A stretch of DNA of 64,000 nucleotides from assembly GCA_951406725.2 (NCBI GenBank), contig OX597818.1, positions 105,586,001-105,650,000 on the forward strand, given 5' to 3'. The stretch is from Octopus vulgaris (lineage: Eukaryota). The first letter of the stretch is position 1. Each line of letters starts with the position of its first letter. The position numbers and the translations under genes were made by a program. This document shows positions 51,818-64,000 of this stretch, piece after piece. The notes beneath the pieces are model-generated. The model did not search any database. It saw nothing but the letters and a program-made list of their open reading frames with translations, and was not told the origin of the DNA.

Positions 51818-52778
51818 TCACCTCCTCACTTCACTCATGTTGAAATCTACCACCTTCTTGGTTGGGTGCCTTGTATGTTGTGAACTTCTTAAACTGGGAG
51901 CCTCATTCTCTTCTTCTTTTCTATAATCATCATCTGACAAAGCGACAATCCTACAAACATCCAAGACTTGACGCAGCATTCCATCCACAGAAATGTTGTT
52001 TTCGGAATTGACAGCCATCACTATTCCTGTTCCATTGAGTTGTGCAGTGTGCTTTTGGTGGCTTCACCCAGACTTCATCACCCACCTCCACAAAGTCAGG
52101 CCCTCTCTCTTCTACAGAGCATCTCGATGGTTAACTCGAATGCCGCCATTCATATTTGAATATCACTCTATGTGGTACAGACTCTTTGGCCTGTCCTGAT
52201 TGGAGTGACATGTTATACCAGAACACTGCTTCCAGCAATGAGACATGTCTTCTCTCTGCCATAACCTTGATCGTTTGATGATGGTTCTCCACAATCCCAT
52301 TTCCACTCAACCTGTATGCCACTCAGAAAAAGTGGTGCACTTTCCACCTGTCAAGCATTTCCTTCAGCGCCTCCACACAAAATGCTGTGCTGTTGTCCAT
52401 CAGCAATTTGTCCACAAGGCCCCGCTCTAAGAATACCTCATTTAGAATATGTGCCATCTCATCTGCAGTGTCTGCCCACAATTCCCTCCAAATGGCCATC
52501 CAGCCCGGCCCACAATCGACCATCAAGAGATATGTCCCCTGCCACTTCTGATTATGCACATCCGGACCACAGTTGATAGATTGACACCTGTCGCAGTTTC
52601 TGACCACCTTTTGGATGCTGTCTGCTAATGTCGGTCAATCCTCCTGGCAAGATACTGGGTCCTATCCATGCCAATATGATGCATGGCATGCAGTCACCTT
52701 AGCTTGGAGTCATTTAACTGACACACCACAGCTACTCCTTGCTTCAATTCTTCTGGCTCCCCTAAACAGGCCTTTTTT
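51818..52778 (-). pseudogene. Retroviral-type integrase remnant
   Basis: LHAMHHIGMDRT...VRNCDRCQS (HHCC), YLLMVDCGPG, LLMDNSTAF, AYRLSGNGIVENHHQTIK (DDE core), C-terminal AVNSENNISVDG; frameshifted. Confidence 0.88.
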
Positions 52779-53468
52779 TAACCCTGGCTACAATTCCGGG
52801 TAATATGACCATTCTGTTTGCACCAGTAGCAAACTGGTCCAGGCTCTGTGCAATCCTTGGCACTTAAAACACCGGCCTGTGAATGGCTGCTGTCATTCCA
52901 CAGCAGGCCTCTTTTCGTCCTTCACTGGCCATTGCACAGCATCACAGGGTTCTGCAGCTGCTGTCATCACTACTTTCTGCCTGGTGTTTTGTGTCAACGG
53001 GTGGGCTTCAATAAGCTTGCTCATCACCATTTTGTTGCCGCCTGGCAAATGTTGTAGTTGCACCGACACATCATCGGGAAAGTCATTCACAAAGGCCAGT
53101 CGCACTACTTTCTCAAGTCCCTCACCAGACAACACAACCGGCCTCCGTACCTCTGCAGTGTATTTATCGTCCTGTTCCCCTCTCCATCTGATTATTCCCA
53201 GCTTAACAAAAGCGGCACACTCTCCATATATGTAAGCCTCTCTCAAGCGTTGCCTGATCTTCGCTGCACTCGGTTGTTCTTCTGCATCCATTTCAAGGTA
53301 CAGTGTCAGTGCACTCCCCTCCAAATACAGCGCCATGAGGCACACTACATCTTCAGTGCCTTGTAGCCTGGCCACAACTTTGACCTTTTGAATCCAGGCT
53401 ACTACATCACCTTCACCTTAGAAAGGTCTGATGACATTGCTGTCGATCCTTATCTTCGCTGCTATCAT
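52779..53468 (-). pseudogene. Gag remnant with zinc knuckle
   Basis: IRPF*GEGDVVAWIQKVKVVARLQ...LYLEGSALTLYLEM... (ORF 52893-53375), then CFKCQGLH and a complete CYWCKQNGHITRNC (CX2CX4HX4C). Confidence 0.85.
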
Positions 53469-55074
53469 ATATCAAGGAGACAACGACATTTGTATACAAT
53501 TGCCGAAATAGCTTGTCGTGCATGGAAAATGAAAAGAGATTCATTTACCTTCCTTTCTTGACTGTGTCTGTCTGGTAGTAGTCATTCTGGCAATCCTGCC
53601 CTATCCAGTCACCTATCTGACCAACCTGGGAGTGAATTCCCTGACATCTGTTCATGATGCTTCAGTGGGCAAGAAGAGGCTGACCCTGCCCTGTCTCCCC
53701 TGCACTTCCCTTCTCATGCTTCCTCTTCCGGTCAGTCCCTTGACCATTGACGTCATGGCGCTCTTCTTCCAGCTCATCCCCACAGCTTCATTGAATAATC
53801 TAGTCTTAGATATACAAAAGATGAGAGATTTATGGCTGAAATGCCTTTACTCATAGGCCTACTCAACAAGATCTGCCACGGAATTAAACAACAATAATGG
53901 AGGTATTAAAAAATTATTTAAAACAAACAACTTAATGATAGGAATTGAATTACAAATCTTGTACAGATAAGTGTACTATTACATCTGACCAAATTCATGT
54001 CTTTTTTTTTCAAACTAATCTTGAAAAGTTTGTCTACAGTTGTAAGCATTTAGCTCAAAAGAAACTTACATATATATTTCGCTAGGAATTTGCTCAGGAA
54101 TTTAGTCAGTTGGAGTTTTTTTTTTTCAATACAATAAGATATCCGTCATTCAGTGTATAGACAGAAATACCCTCTCATAGTGTGAATAATTCATAAATTA
54201 ATGTACAAGTTTTTTGGGGTTTTTTTTGTATTTGTTTTTGTTACATATATAAACAATATCTGAAGGTGTGTGTTTGTAACAACAGGTCTTCTGCTGACAG
54301 AAATCAGGCCATACATTACTCACTTGCCTAGATTAGGTGTGAGCTCCTTGACTGTTATTGTGACACACATTCCTACATTTCTTGCCTATGACATCTCGGT
54401 TGCATTGGTTTGGGATGAAGTCAGGGCAATATTTCACTAAATTCTAAGACTAAACACAAGAATAATACTATTACAAACTCTCAAATGAATTCAAAACAAG
54501 TACTAGAACAAATACACTGTAATAAGCTTGAGAACATAGAATAAACACTCGAATAACACTAAAATAACACTTTAACAAATTAATAAAGGAACACTAGGAA
54601 AAAAGCAAACACTTAAACAATGCTGAAAACAAATGTTAAATTAATACTTGTGTAAATACTTGAACAAACATTGAACAGGACACTCAAATAAATAGAAAGC
54701 AGTAGCACAATACACCCTAGTTGCTGGAGAGAGTGTTTTTTTTATAGCTGAACAGTTCCATCTTGTCAACTTTAATTATTTCAACAGTGAAATGAGAGGA
54801 ATAGCAATGGGAAAGAAAAGCAGATTAATTGTAAAGTAGAAGGATCTGAGGAAACTAATGATAGCCTGTATCAGCAAATAGTACAAAAAGTAACATGGAA
54901 TAAGTTAGTTATTCCTTTAGAGGAATGTAAGCTTTGTCTTATGCTAATGGAAAAATACAATGGTTGTAGCAAGGTCTGAGCTCATAGCCATGTCTATATT
55001 CCAACATCTTAAAATCACAGTTCTTAAATGAGTATCCATTGCTCAGTCTGCTGCCATCTATTGCTTCTTTTTTC

Positions 55075-55530
55075 TGATATCCTCATATTTATCACTTGAT
55101 CTGTGGACACCTATTATTTGTTCTGAAGATGTCAGCTGCTTCATATGCTGACATTTACTGTTTGTTCCTCTAACATCTATGTTTTGATCCTCTGGTATCT
55201 ACAGCTTGACCCACTAACATCTGCTACTTGGTCCTCTGGTATCTACAGCTTGATGTGCTGGCATTTGCCACTTGATCCTTTAGCATTTACTGCTTAATTT
55301 TTGACATTTACTTCCTGATCCACTGATATCTATAAGTTGATCTACTGACATGTACTTAATGATAATGTGACATCTGCTGTTTGAGCTGTTGATATTTGCC
55401 ATTTAATCCTCTGGTATATACTGCCAGATCTACTGACATCTATGGCTTGATCTGTAAATATCCACTACTTGATCCTCTGACAACTACTGTTTTATCTGCT
55501 GTTTGATCTGTTAACATATACTGCTTGATT
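55075..55530 (+). repeat. Degenerate ~21-22-bp minisatellite
   Basis: Recurring CTGACATYTACTGCTTGATC-like units, e.g. CTCTGGTATCTACAGCTTGA twice at ~55190 and ~55234. Confidence 0.75.
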
Positions 55531-55738
55531 CTCTTATAAACCTTGCTTATAAGTGGTGAATTGGCTTAGACACTTGAACACAGTTAAAACAAATGTCTTG
55601 TAGTATTTGTTCCAACTCAGTGTACTGTGAGTTCAAATCCTATCAAGTCAACTCTGTCTTAGATCCTTCCTTTCAAAGTCAATAAAGTACCAGTCTAATA
55701 ATAGGGTCACCTCTTTCTCTCTCTCCATATATATATAG

Positions 55739-55770
<32 letters not shown>

Positions 55771-56218
55771 CATTGGCTATGACCAGACCTACAGTGCGAT
55801 AGGTCCTATCAGGCTAAATAGTCAAAGCAAGATGAGTGTCATAACATCATTATGAATCCATTATGACTGAGGGCTCAAAGAAAGCAGGATCTGTTGCTTG
55901 ATGTTGAGCACCAAGAGAACCCTGACAGAACAGATGTGTTTTACTTGATCAAGGACATTACAACCCTGATTATTCCATCTTTTTAGGAGCATCTAGGACT
56001 ACATTATTTAATATGGTATGGTGTGATTTGAAGTAAAGTTGGCTGCTATTTCCCATAGGTTGAACAATCATGTAAGGGTTCTTGTTGGCTAATGTTTTTG
56101 AGTGTGTGGTAGTGATAATGTGTATATGTATGTGTGTGGGTGATTAAATTATGTTAGTTTACATTTTTATCTTTAGATAACTTTAATACCTGTTTTGCAT
56201 TCTTCCTTTCCTGAACAG

Positions 56219-56314
56219 GGAGATGCGTCTGTAGAAGTGGACATTTATGAACGTCTTCCAGTGCCTTTTGGATTAGTTCGATATGGGGTGGCACCTGACC
56301 ACCCTGAAGTAAAA
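56219..56314 (+). CDS. FDXR: FDXR next coding exon; remainder of gene probably beyond the window
   Basis: Translation [32 protein letters not shown], the diagnostic AdR motif ([26 protein letters not shown] in mammals). Polypyrimidine tract + CAG ends at 56218, in frame with the upstream exon. Followed by GCAAGT. No following exon (expected NVIN...) was found in 56315-64000. Confidence 0.95.
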
Positions 56315-59300
56315 GCAAGTATTCTCTATATATTTTAAATTCTTTTTAATTCTATATATATTAAATTCTATTTTTGAAAATGTTAGTGTTCAAACTATTC
56401 ACATCTATCTTGTTTTGTTGATGTGTAGTCCTAAATGAACCCTGATTTAGCAGACCTAGATCTTTCTTTTCTTTTTCTCAGGTATATCACATTCAAGACT
56501 ACATTCAATGTGTCCCTCCTTTTCAAAGAGAGTTGGGCATCGTTGGACACATATCTTGCTGCTATTTCTTGCAAATTGACTTAATACATAAAGGGTTCCT
56601 TATAGGCTTGTACAAGTTTTACCTATTGTTTATCCTTAGTCAGCTCTGGTTGTGCAGATGTTTGATTAAGGCCTTCCAACCATGATCATCTCATCTTTTA
56701 GTATATCAAAGACATATTTGTGGTGCTCAGGGAGGAGTATCAAAGTGCACTATGGATTTTCAAAAATATAATATAAGGCTTTAGAAAATTCATACTAATC
56801 AGTTGCAGATGTATGACTGTATGGTTAAGAAGCTTGCTTCCCAACCATATCGTCTTGGCTTCAGTCACACTGTTTGGAATCTTGAGCAAATGTCTTCTAC
56901 TATACCCCCAAGCTCATTCTGGGAATGTGACAAACTTACTTTTATCAAACCACCAAGCTGGGCATAGCCATTACTCATAAGTGTGTATGACTGGATATAA
57001 GTACTATGCTCATTGTTTTGATAAAAATGAGTTCTGCCTGCAATTCAAAAGGCCAACCTTGTCACATTCCATGTCATGCGGAATTTACCTGAGAACTACA
57101 TTAATGGCATGTGTGTCTCTGGAGTGCTCAGCCACTTGCATGTTAATTTCACGAGCAAGCAGGTTGTTATGTTGATTGGACCAACTGGAACCCTCATCGT
57201 TGTAACTGATAGAGTGCATTTTTTTTTAGATACTTATGTGGTCATGAGCAGACAGAGAACCTTCTCAGCCTTGGTAACTATTCCAAACCCCCGCTTTGAC
57301 TTTCCTATCTCTTATCATTACAGGTGTGTTCTACACTGTTCAGCTTTGTCCAGCCCTTTCTTCTCAACCCTCTAGAGTATTTTCCTTGCTCATGTATTTC
57401 TTGCAGGTGTTGATATACTTCGGTTTAAACAAAAGAAGTATCACACCCACTGACCTTAAAGGGTCTGCAAAAGCCACCAGGTAAGGCTTTCCTGCAGACT
57501 CAACAAACAAATAAAAACAAAATTATGCACATTATCACCTCTATTTTGATGTGCTTGTGTTAAACCAAGATGTATGTTATATTCAAGGTGTCACATAAAA
57601 AGCACTGGTGATGGTGCCACATTAAAAGCACCCAGTACACCCTGTAAAGTGGTTGGCATTAGGGAAGGCATCTAGCTGTAGAAACCAAGCCAAAACACAG
57701 TATGGAACCTGGTGTGGCCCCTGGCCTTGCCAGTTCTTGTCAAGCTGTCCAACCCATGCCAGCATGGAAAACAGACGTTAAATGTTGTTGATGATGAAGA
57801 GCAGGAGGATCAGCATACTCGTCTACTTAACATGCTTTGTGCTCTCACTCCCTATACCCACTTACCTTGGTTTTTCTTTCATTGCTATCTCCCTTCTATT
57901 CACTCTCTTGGTTATGTTTACTTTGAACAAATGGAGACATTATAAAGCAGTGAGAACTCTTTAGATTATGACACACAAGGCAACCTCACTAATGCCGATG
58001 CCACAGTAAAATGCACTTAGTTCACTCTGTAATGTGGTAGGTGCAAGGAAAACTATCTAGGTGCAGAAACCATGCCAAAACTGGAATGCACAAGCAAGAT
58101 GTCGTCTTCCAACTCATCTCAGAAGGAAATTACTCTGAATAAACTCTAACTTGGTATAATCAATGCCATCATAGAAAGCAGCCATATGATGATGACATAA
58201 ATCATGACAACAATAGTGACAGTAGTGGCAGCAGCAGCAACAGTAGAAGCAGCAACAACAGTAGCAATGAGGGCAACAATCATGCCAGATGATAAAAAAA
58301 AAACACAAAAGGAATTCCAAAATCATATTAATACCAAAGTTCAAGAGTTACATTGACTGTGGCTAAATTATAAACAGAAATGAAGAGATAAAGATAAAAT
58401 GAGAATATTAGTTCTAAATAAGTTCCTTATCTCTCTCTCATACAGAGAACCAGTATTACACCCTTTCCCCACTTATGGTACTACTGTTCTATTGTTAATT
58501 GGGTTCGACATCTGTTATCTATTTATTCACATGCCATTCCTTTTGTTTGTTATGTTTGCCCCTTCTCTCTCCACCTCTGGCTATTGTTATTGTTGTTGTT
58601 AGGATAAAACAGGATTGATATCTCCTAAGAGAACGCTTACTAAGGTTTACAGATTGACTTAAAAATATTGTAGTGTGTGTGTGTGTGAGAGAGAGAGAGA
58701 GATACCTGTGTATGTCCATATGTGTGTTTTTCTTTGCTTTGAGCCCTCAACTCCCGATGAAATCAGAAAGGCATAGCTGCAAGAGAAATAAAGAAGAGGT
58801 GGAGGGGGAGAGAGAGAGGACTCTGAAATGATTGAAGGAAAAGTTGACCTTGCAGAAATTTGAACTTTGAACACAGATATACATACACAAACGTACACAT
58901 GCATATGCTCACACTTTGACGTGCCTGTGTTCACACACACATGTATATATGCGTGTGTGTGTGTGTGTGCAATGTAAGAGGGATAGGACTATAAAATCAA
59001 TGGGGGTGAGTACTAATTAAATTAATTGAGCCTGTGGATAGATTTGAATCTATGGTTGTAGCCCCACCCCATCATTTAAACTGCTAACACCATTTGAGCA
59101 ATGATACTATCTAACATCAACAGTTACCTTTGTTGTATTCTCTCCTCCCTCTCATTATTCATGCTGACCCAGACCAACATAAACCTTCCAATTCTGAACC
59201 TTTACATAAGTAGTTGCTTAAACTGTTAGAAATAGCAACCACATTTCTTCAAATAGTACCCTACTGTCTTTATAAAACAAAATAAAGCAGATGTATGTTG

Positions 59301-60373
59301 GCTGTGTAGTAAGAAGTTTGCTTCCCAGCTTCCAAACCACATGGTCCTGGGTTCAATCCCACTGCATGGGCAAATGTCATCTATTCTCATTTTGGGTCAA
59401 CCAAAGGCTTGTGAAAAGATCAGGTAGATAGAAACTGAAAGAACCCCATCACATATATGTCTGTTCTGTGTTTGTGCTTGCACCCAACCACCACTTGACA
59501 ACCATCGTTGGTTTGTTTACATCTCGTCAACTTAGTTTTGCATAAGAGGCCTATACAATAAACCTATTTTCTATTTTCTCTATTTTCTATCCCTGTTTAT
59601 TTCTGTGTTCCTTTCTGTTGAAGAGCATAGGCTCAAAACATAAAAGACTTTCTCACTTCCTGAGCATTAAACTAATACATCTGTTTGTTGTTTACACACC
59701 CATCTTCGTCTTTTGTTTTTTTGTAAATTCTCACTATAGAATAAGTACCAGGCTTTAAAAAACAGGATTGATTTATTCAACTGAAGCCCTTCAAAATGGT
59801 GTTCCGACATGGCCAGAGTCCAATGACTGAAACAAATAAAAGATAAAAGGATATTTTCCACAGTGTACTCCTTGCTATGCAATAAGACTTGATGGTCATG
59901 GTTGAAATGCCCCAGATGAAATGCAAAATTGACTTGAGTGAAATTTGAACTTAGAGCATAGAGAACTAGAACACAGATTACATTAGACAATATAGTTCTA
60001 AATCAAGTATGGGTAGCCTTTTTTCAAGAGGCAGTATCACAATTTTAACATGAGTGTCATACAAGCTGCCTTTACTCTGAGGGAAAATTTCTTTGTTGCC
60101 TTCAGAAGTAATAGATCTCTGAATTTTGCAACCTATTTTTAATTTGGATACAATTTTTCTGAACAAACACCTCCTCTCATGATTGTGTTTTCAAGGTAAC
60201 AGAAGCTATATATTTCTTGTGAACCAGCAGGAGATTTAAGGGTGTCTATTTGCATATGTTCAAAGTGCATATTGTTCCAATGCATCTGTCATATACAAAA
60301 CTTTCCTTCTCTGTTAGCCTCCCAGTGATGCTACTATACTTTGTGTATATCCATAGACTACACTGGGTATGAC

Positions 60374-60512
60374 CAGGGTCATCTTAAGACAGTTTCTCAG
60401 GAGCCTCACAAGTCTAGGGGCCTGATTCTGATTTATGTATTCTACGGCTTACAATCAATAAATTAAATATTATAGGGCCCAGTGCACTTATTTACCTGTT
60501 AAAACAACCCTG
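60374..60512. mobile_element. Short old hAT-like MITE
   Basis: Ends CAGGGTCATCTTAA / TTAAAACAACCCTG; TSD not recognisable. Confidence 0.5.
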
Positions 60513-62609
60513 AGTACAGCATATGCAGTTCATGCCAACTCCATTTTCATGGTGATATGGTGAGGTTCCTATCTTTTTTTTTAGTCCCTAATATCTTAGT
60601 CTTTGATTTCCTTGAGGCCTCTTGATTCTAGGTTTTGCTCTCATGCCTGGAGTCTATTCTCTCATTCAGCTACAGAATTAGACAAGAAATTTCAAGCAAG
60701 GAAGTAAACTACAGTTCATTAAGCAAAAGGACAAAGATGTGTTGATCCATGATTCAGTCCATTATATCAAAATAATTTATTGACCTTTGATACTAACTAC
60801 TATTATCTACTAATAGTTGGTCAACGTATTTGATTTCTAGGTAAGCTAGGATTGAAAGTTATGATGTTCATAACTTCTCTAAATGGCTCATAACAGTATA
60901 AATGATGGAAGTGAGCTACAACTGAGAAGTAAAATGAAACCACAACTTTAATTTGGTAACTCACCTTTTCAACTTCCTCTCAAGCCTTTCCTTGCTACAC
61001 ACACACACACACACACTCTCGTATACACATACAAGCACTCACTCATATCTACCTGTATGTGTTTCCAATCATGACTGACTCGAGACTAATTATTGAGGCT
61101 TTAGTTTGTTATTCATATAGTGAAACATAATTAACAAGACTTACATTTAGAATTTCAGTTTGTATTTACCCCTTGCCCATCTCTGCTTCATGCATTGGGT
61201 AAATGCAATCATAACACTTCTGACACATGTATCAAACACATTTCTTTTTAGTTTCAGTGACATTCCCCTCCTTGTTTGCATACCACTTAATTCCTTGAAC
61301 TTCTCATTGCAAACGGCCTCACTGAAAATGACCCATCATCTCCATTCAACACTCCTTTTGTAACGAAATATTTTAACACCTTTTATCTTCATGACATTTC
61401 CCAGCTAAAGCTCAAATAACTTGGCTCTCTATCTGTAACTCCTTCCGTACACAATTAAACAATTAATTGTAACCATTACATTAGTTAATAATAGTTAATA
61501 ACCCTCTCACTCTATTACATTTTCAATGAAACCATCACCACCACCACTACCATCATTGTTGGAATCATTATTGCTTTAACATCTACTTTTGCATGAGTTA
61601 GACAAAATTCATCGAGGAATATTTTATACAACTGGATATTCATCCTATCACCAGCTTTTGTCTGTTTTCAAATAAGCTTATATTTCTCCTAGCCATATAT
61701 CTGTGGAATACTCAAATACTTGTGTATTAATTTAATGAATATGTAATTCGCTTAAACAGCAAAGTACTTTTTGTCAAAACTGATACTATATATCACTTAG
61801 ATGTATACACATACACATACACACTGCAAAGAGGGAGCCTCTACAGGGTCTATCAATCTGTTGAAAATAACAAACCAAAATTTCCTTCAACTCCATACTA
61901 TCAGCTTAAAAAGGATCATGGATAGATTGGTCCAAGGTAACAATACTATGCTGGAAAAAAAAATGGGATGGTTATTTCTGGAATGCCTTTGATTATAGGA
62001 TTAGCCAAGGATTAAATAAACAACAACAACCATAATATAAATTCACAACCACATGCTCTTAACTATCTATTACTTAAAACTCCAACTATTAATATGTATA
62101 ATAATCTAGTTGCTTTCAACTGTTCTAGCTTTACAATATCTGCTGCTTGTCATCTATTGGAGAATAGTTTATTGCCCTGACTAGGCCAACATTAAAAGAT
62201 GGAAACAAAACAAAAAAGATAAATATTATTACTAGCACTAATGTAGCTTTTAGCTAGATAACTCTATTGACAATGCTTTTTTAGTGAACGGAGTACTAAT
62301 ACAGCATGTGTTATAAATAAATTCTGTAATTAATAGAGTACCAAGTACAAATGTATGTTACAGAGTACTTACCAATACAATATGGATTATGAATAAACCC
62401 TGTATTTAAGAGAGTACTGACCAACATGATAGAACACCAATCAATGGGTTATGATTTAATTCTGTACTTAAATGAGTACCAATCAATACAATACATAAGA
62501 AAATAAGACATTTCAATCTTAATGACCTGATATTTAGACTGGTGTTCAGTGTGATCTTAGTACTTTTTGCTCCAGTACATCTGCAACATACAGAGTTTAC
62601 TTTTTTTGT

Positions 62610-63045
62610 TAGTAAATCTATGTTGCACATCTTTTGTGTGTCCATAGTTTACATTGATGGACCCCTACCTTCACTAAATTTGAAGCTGAACTCATTGTTG
62701 ATTCTCACTTCACTTATTTTAGCTTTGAATATATCTTGGACAGCCCTTATATGCAGTTCATCTATATCTAGTTTCTTTAGTGGTCACCAAAGTATTGAAT
62801 ATGGTACCTTGTCAAAGGTCTTTTCCAAGTCAATGAATGCTAGGAATTATGGTTTACTCATAGCCAATTATTTTTCCTGCAGTTATCCAACTAGGAAGAT
62901 TGCATCTATAGTACCACTTCAGGACACAAAGCCAAGCTACATGTCTTATAGGGTACCTTATGGATCAATTGTGCAATGACTCTTTTTCACTGACCTTCAT
63001 GGTCTGATCCAATAATTTGATGCCTCTTTAATTCCCTTTTTTGTA
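62610..63045 (-). mobile_element. RTE-clade RT fragment with internal deletion
   Basis: GFVS*SGTIDAIFLV, FLAFIDLEKTFDKVPYSILW*PLKKL, VGVHQ. Confidence 0.8.
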
Positions 63046-63069
63046 AAGCATACCATATATATATACATA

Positions 63070-63715
63070 TATTAGGTTGAGCCAAAGGTTTTTTGTATTT
63101 CAAACTTAAGTCAATAGTTCAAACAAATTATAAATGAAAAGCATTTATTCATCAAAATATATTCCATCATATTCTATTGTCTGTTGCCATCTTTATACCA
63201 GAAGTTCAATTCTACACTCATACCATTTGGCTTGTTTAGAGGCCAAAATCTCCCTGCACCCATTTTCAACCTCATCCATATGCTTGAGCTTCTGTCCATA
63301 AGGAAATGAGCCATGATTCAGAGAAGATGGTAATCTGATGGTGCATTTTCAGCCCTTCAAGTTCTTTATGTTTGTGCTTGGCCACAATAGCAATGTGTGC
63401 TGGGGCATTGTCATACAGTAAGAGTGCATGTCTTCAGTTGACCAATACTAAGTAGCAGGCTTTCAAAACATTATATATTCACTGCAGTCGTTGAACATAA
63501 AGATTAAAGTCCACAGCAGGATGATCTGGGACAAACTTAAAGTGCAACATTCTCTCAAAATTCCACCTAACACATAATGTGGCCTTCTATTCAAACAGTC
63601 CTTGTTTGACAACAGGTTCTGAAGCCTTGCCAGAACAAAGCCACTGATTTCTCTTATAATGATTATGAAAACAGATCCATTTTTCAACCCCAGTTACAAT
63701 TTGACACCAAAAATG
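63070..63715 (-). mobile_element. Mariner 3' remnant with one TIR
   Basis: TATTAGGTTG terminus; minus-strand IVTGVEKW-like first-D region, ALLLYDNAPAH, APSDYHLL (DD34D type). Confidence 0.78.
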
Positions 63716-64000
63716 GGCATCTTTACTTTAGTTTCAGTCATTAGACGAAGGCCATGCTGGGGCACTTCCTTGAATTTTTGTCAAATGAATCAACCCCAGT
63801 ACTAATTTTTAAAGCCTGATACTAATTCTATCAGTCATTTTTGCTGAACTTCTAAGTTACAGGGACACAAACACACCCACACCAGTTGTCAGGCAGTGGT
63901 GGTGATGATGGTGGGGGGGGGGACAAACACAGACACAGATACACACACACACACACACAAATAAATACCTATATGTATGTATATATATGTATGACAGGCT

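Larger units (their letters stand above)
51520..53784 (-). mobile_element. Gypsy-type LTR retrotransposon, 2.26 kb, gag + integrase only
   Basis: Direct repeats 51520-51797 and 53514-53784 (TGT...CATA/CACA ends); 5-bp TSD GATTC/GCTTC with one mismatch; purine tract next to the 3' LTR on minus; inserted into a copy of a common local repeat. Confidence 0.92.

Overview
AT-rich, repeat-saturated animal genomic DNA. The SINE families and dense (TA)n/(CA)n microsatellites look like those of an octopus (coleoid cephalopod); this is an inference, not a database match. The only host gene I can support is the 5' part of mitochondrial NADPH:adrenodoxin/ferredoxin oxidoreductase (FDXR) on +. It has two coding exons (43876-44019 and 56219-56314) joined by a ~12.2 kb phase-0 intron, and the second exon apparently ends at a GC donor. 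Both exons are missing from the ORF track. The rest is mobile-element debris: a complete decayed hAT transposon with 8-bp TSD, hAT and piggyBac MITEs, Tc1/mariner/maT remnants, a compact LTR element with gag+integrase but no PR-RT-RH, RTE- and Jockey/CR1-type LINE fragments, a Penelope-like GIY-YIG fragment and many tRNA-derived SINEs. The most interesting signal is non-coding: several type I hammerhead ribozyme motifs. Two unrelated tandem pairs are spaced 353 and 355 nt apart (retrozyme/Penelope pLTR-like, potential circular-RNA monomers), and one intact-core hammerhead lies in sense orientation in the FDXR intron amid a cluster of long inverted repeats. Nearly all listed ORFs are spurious.
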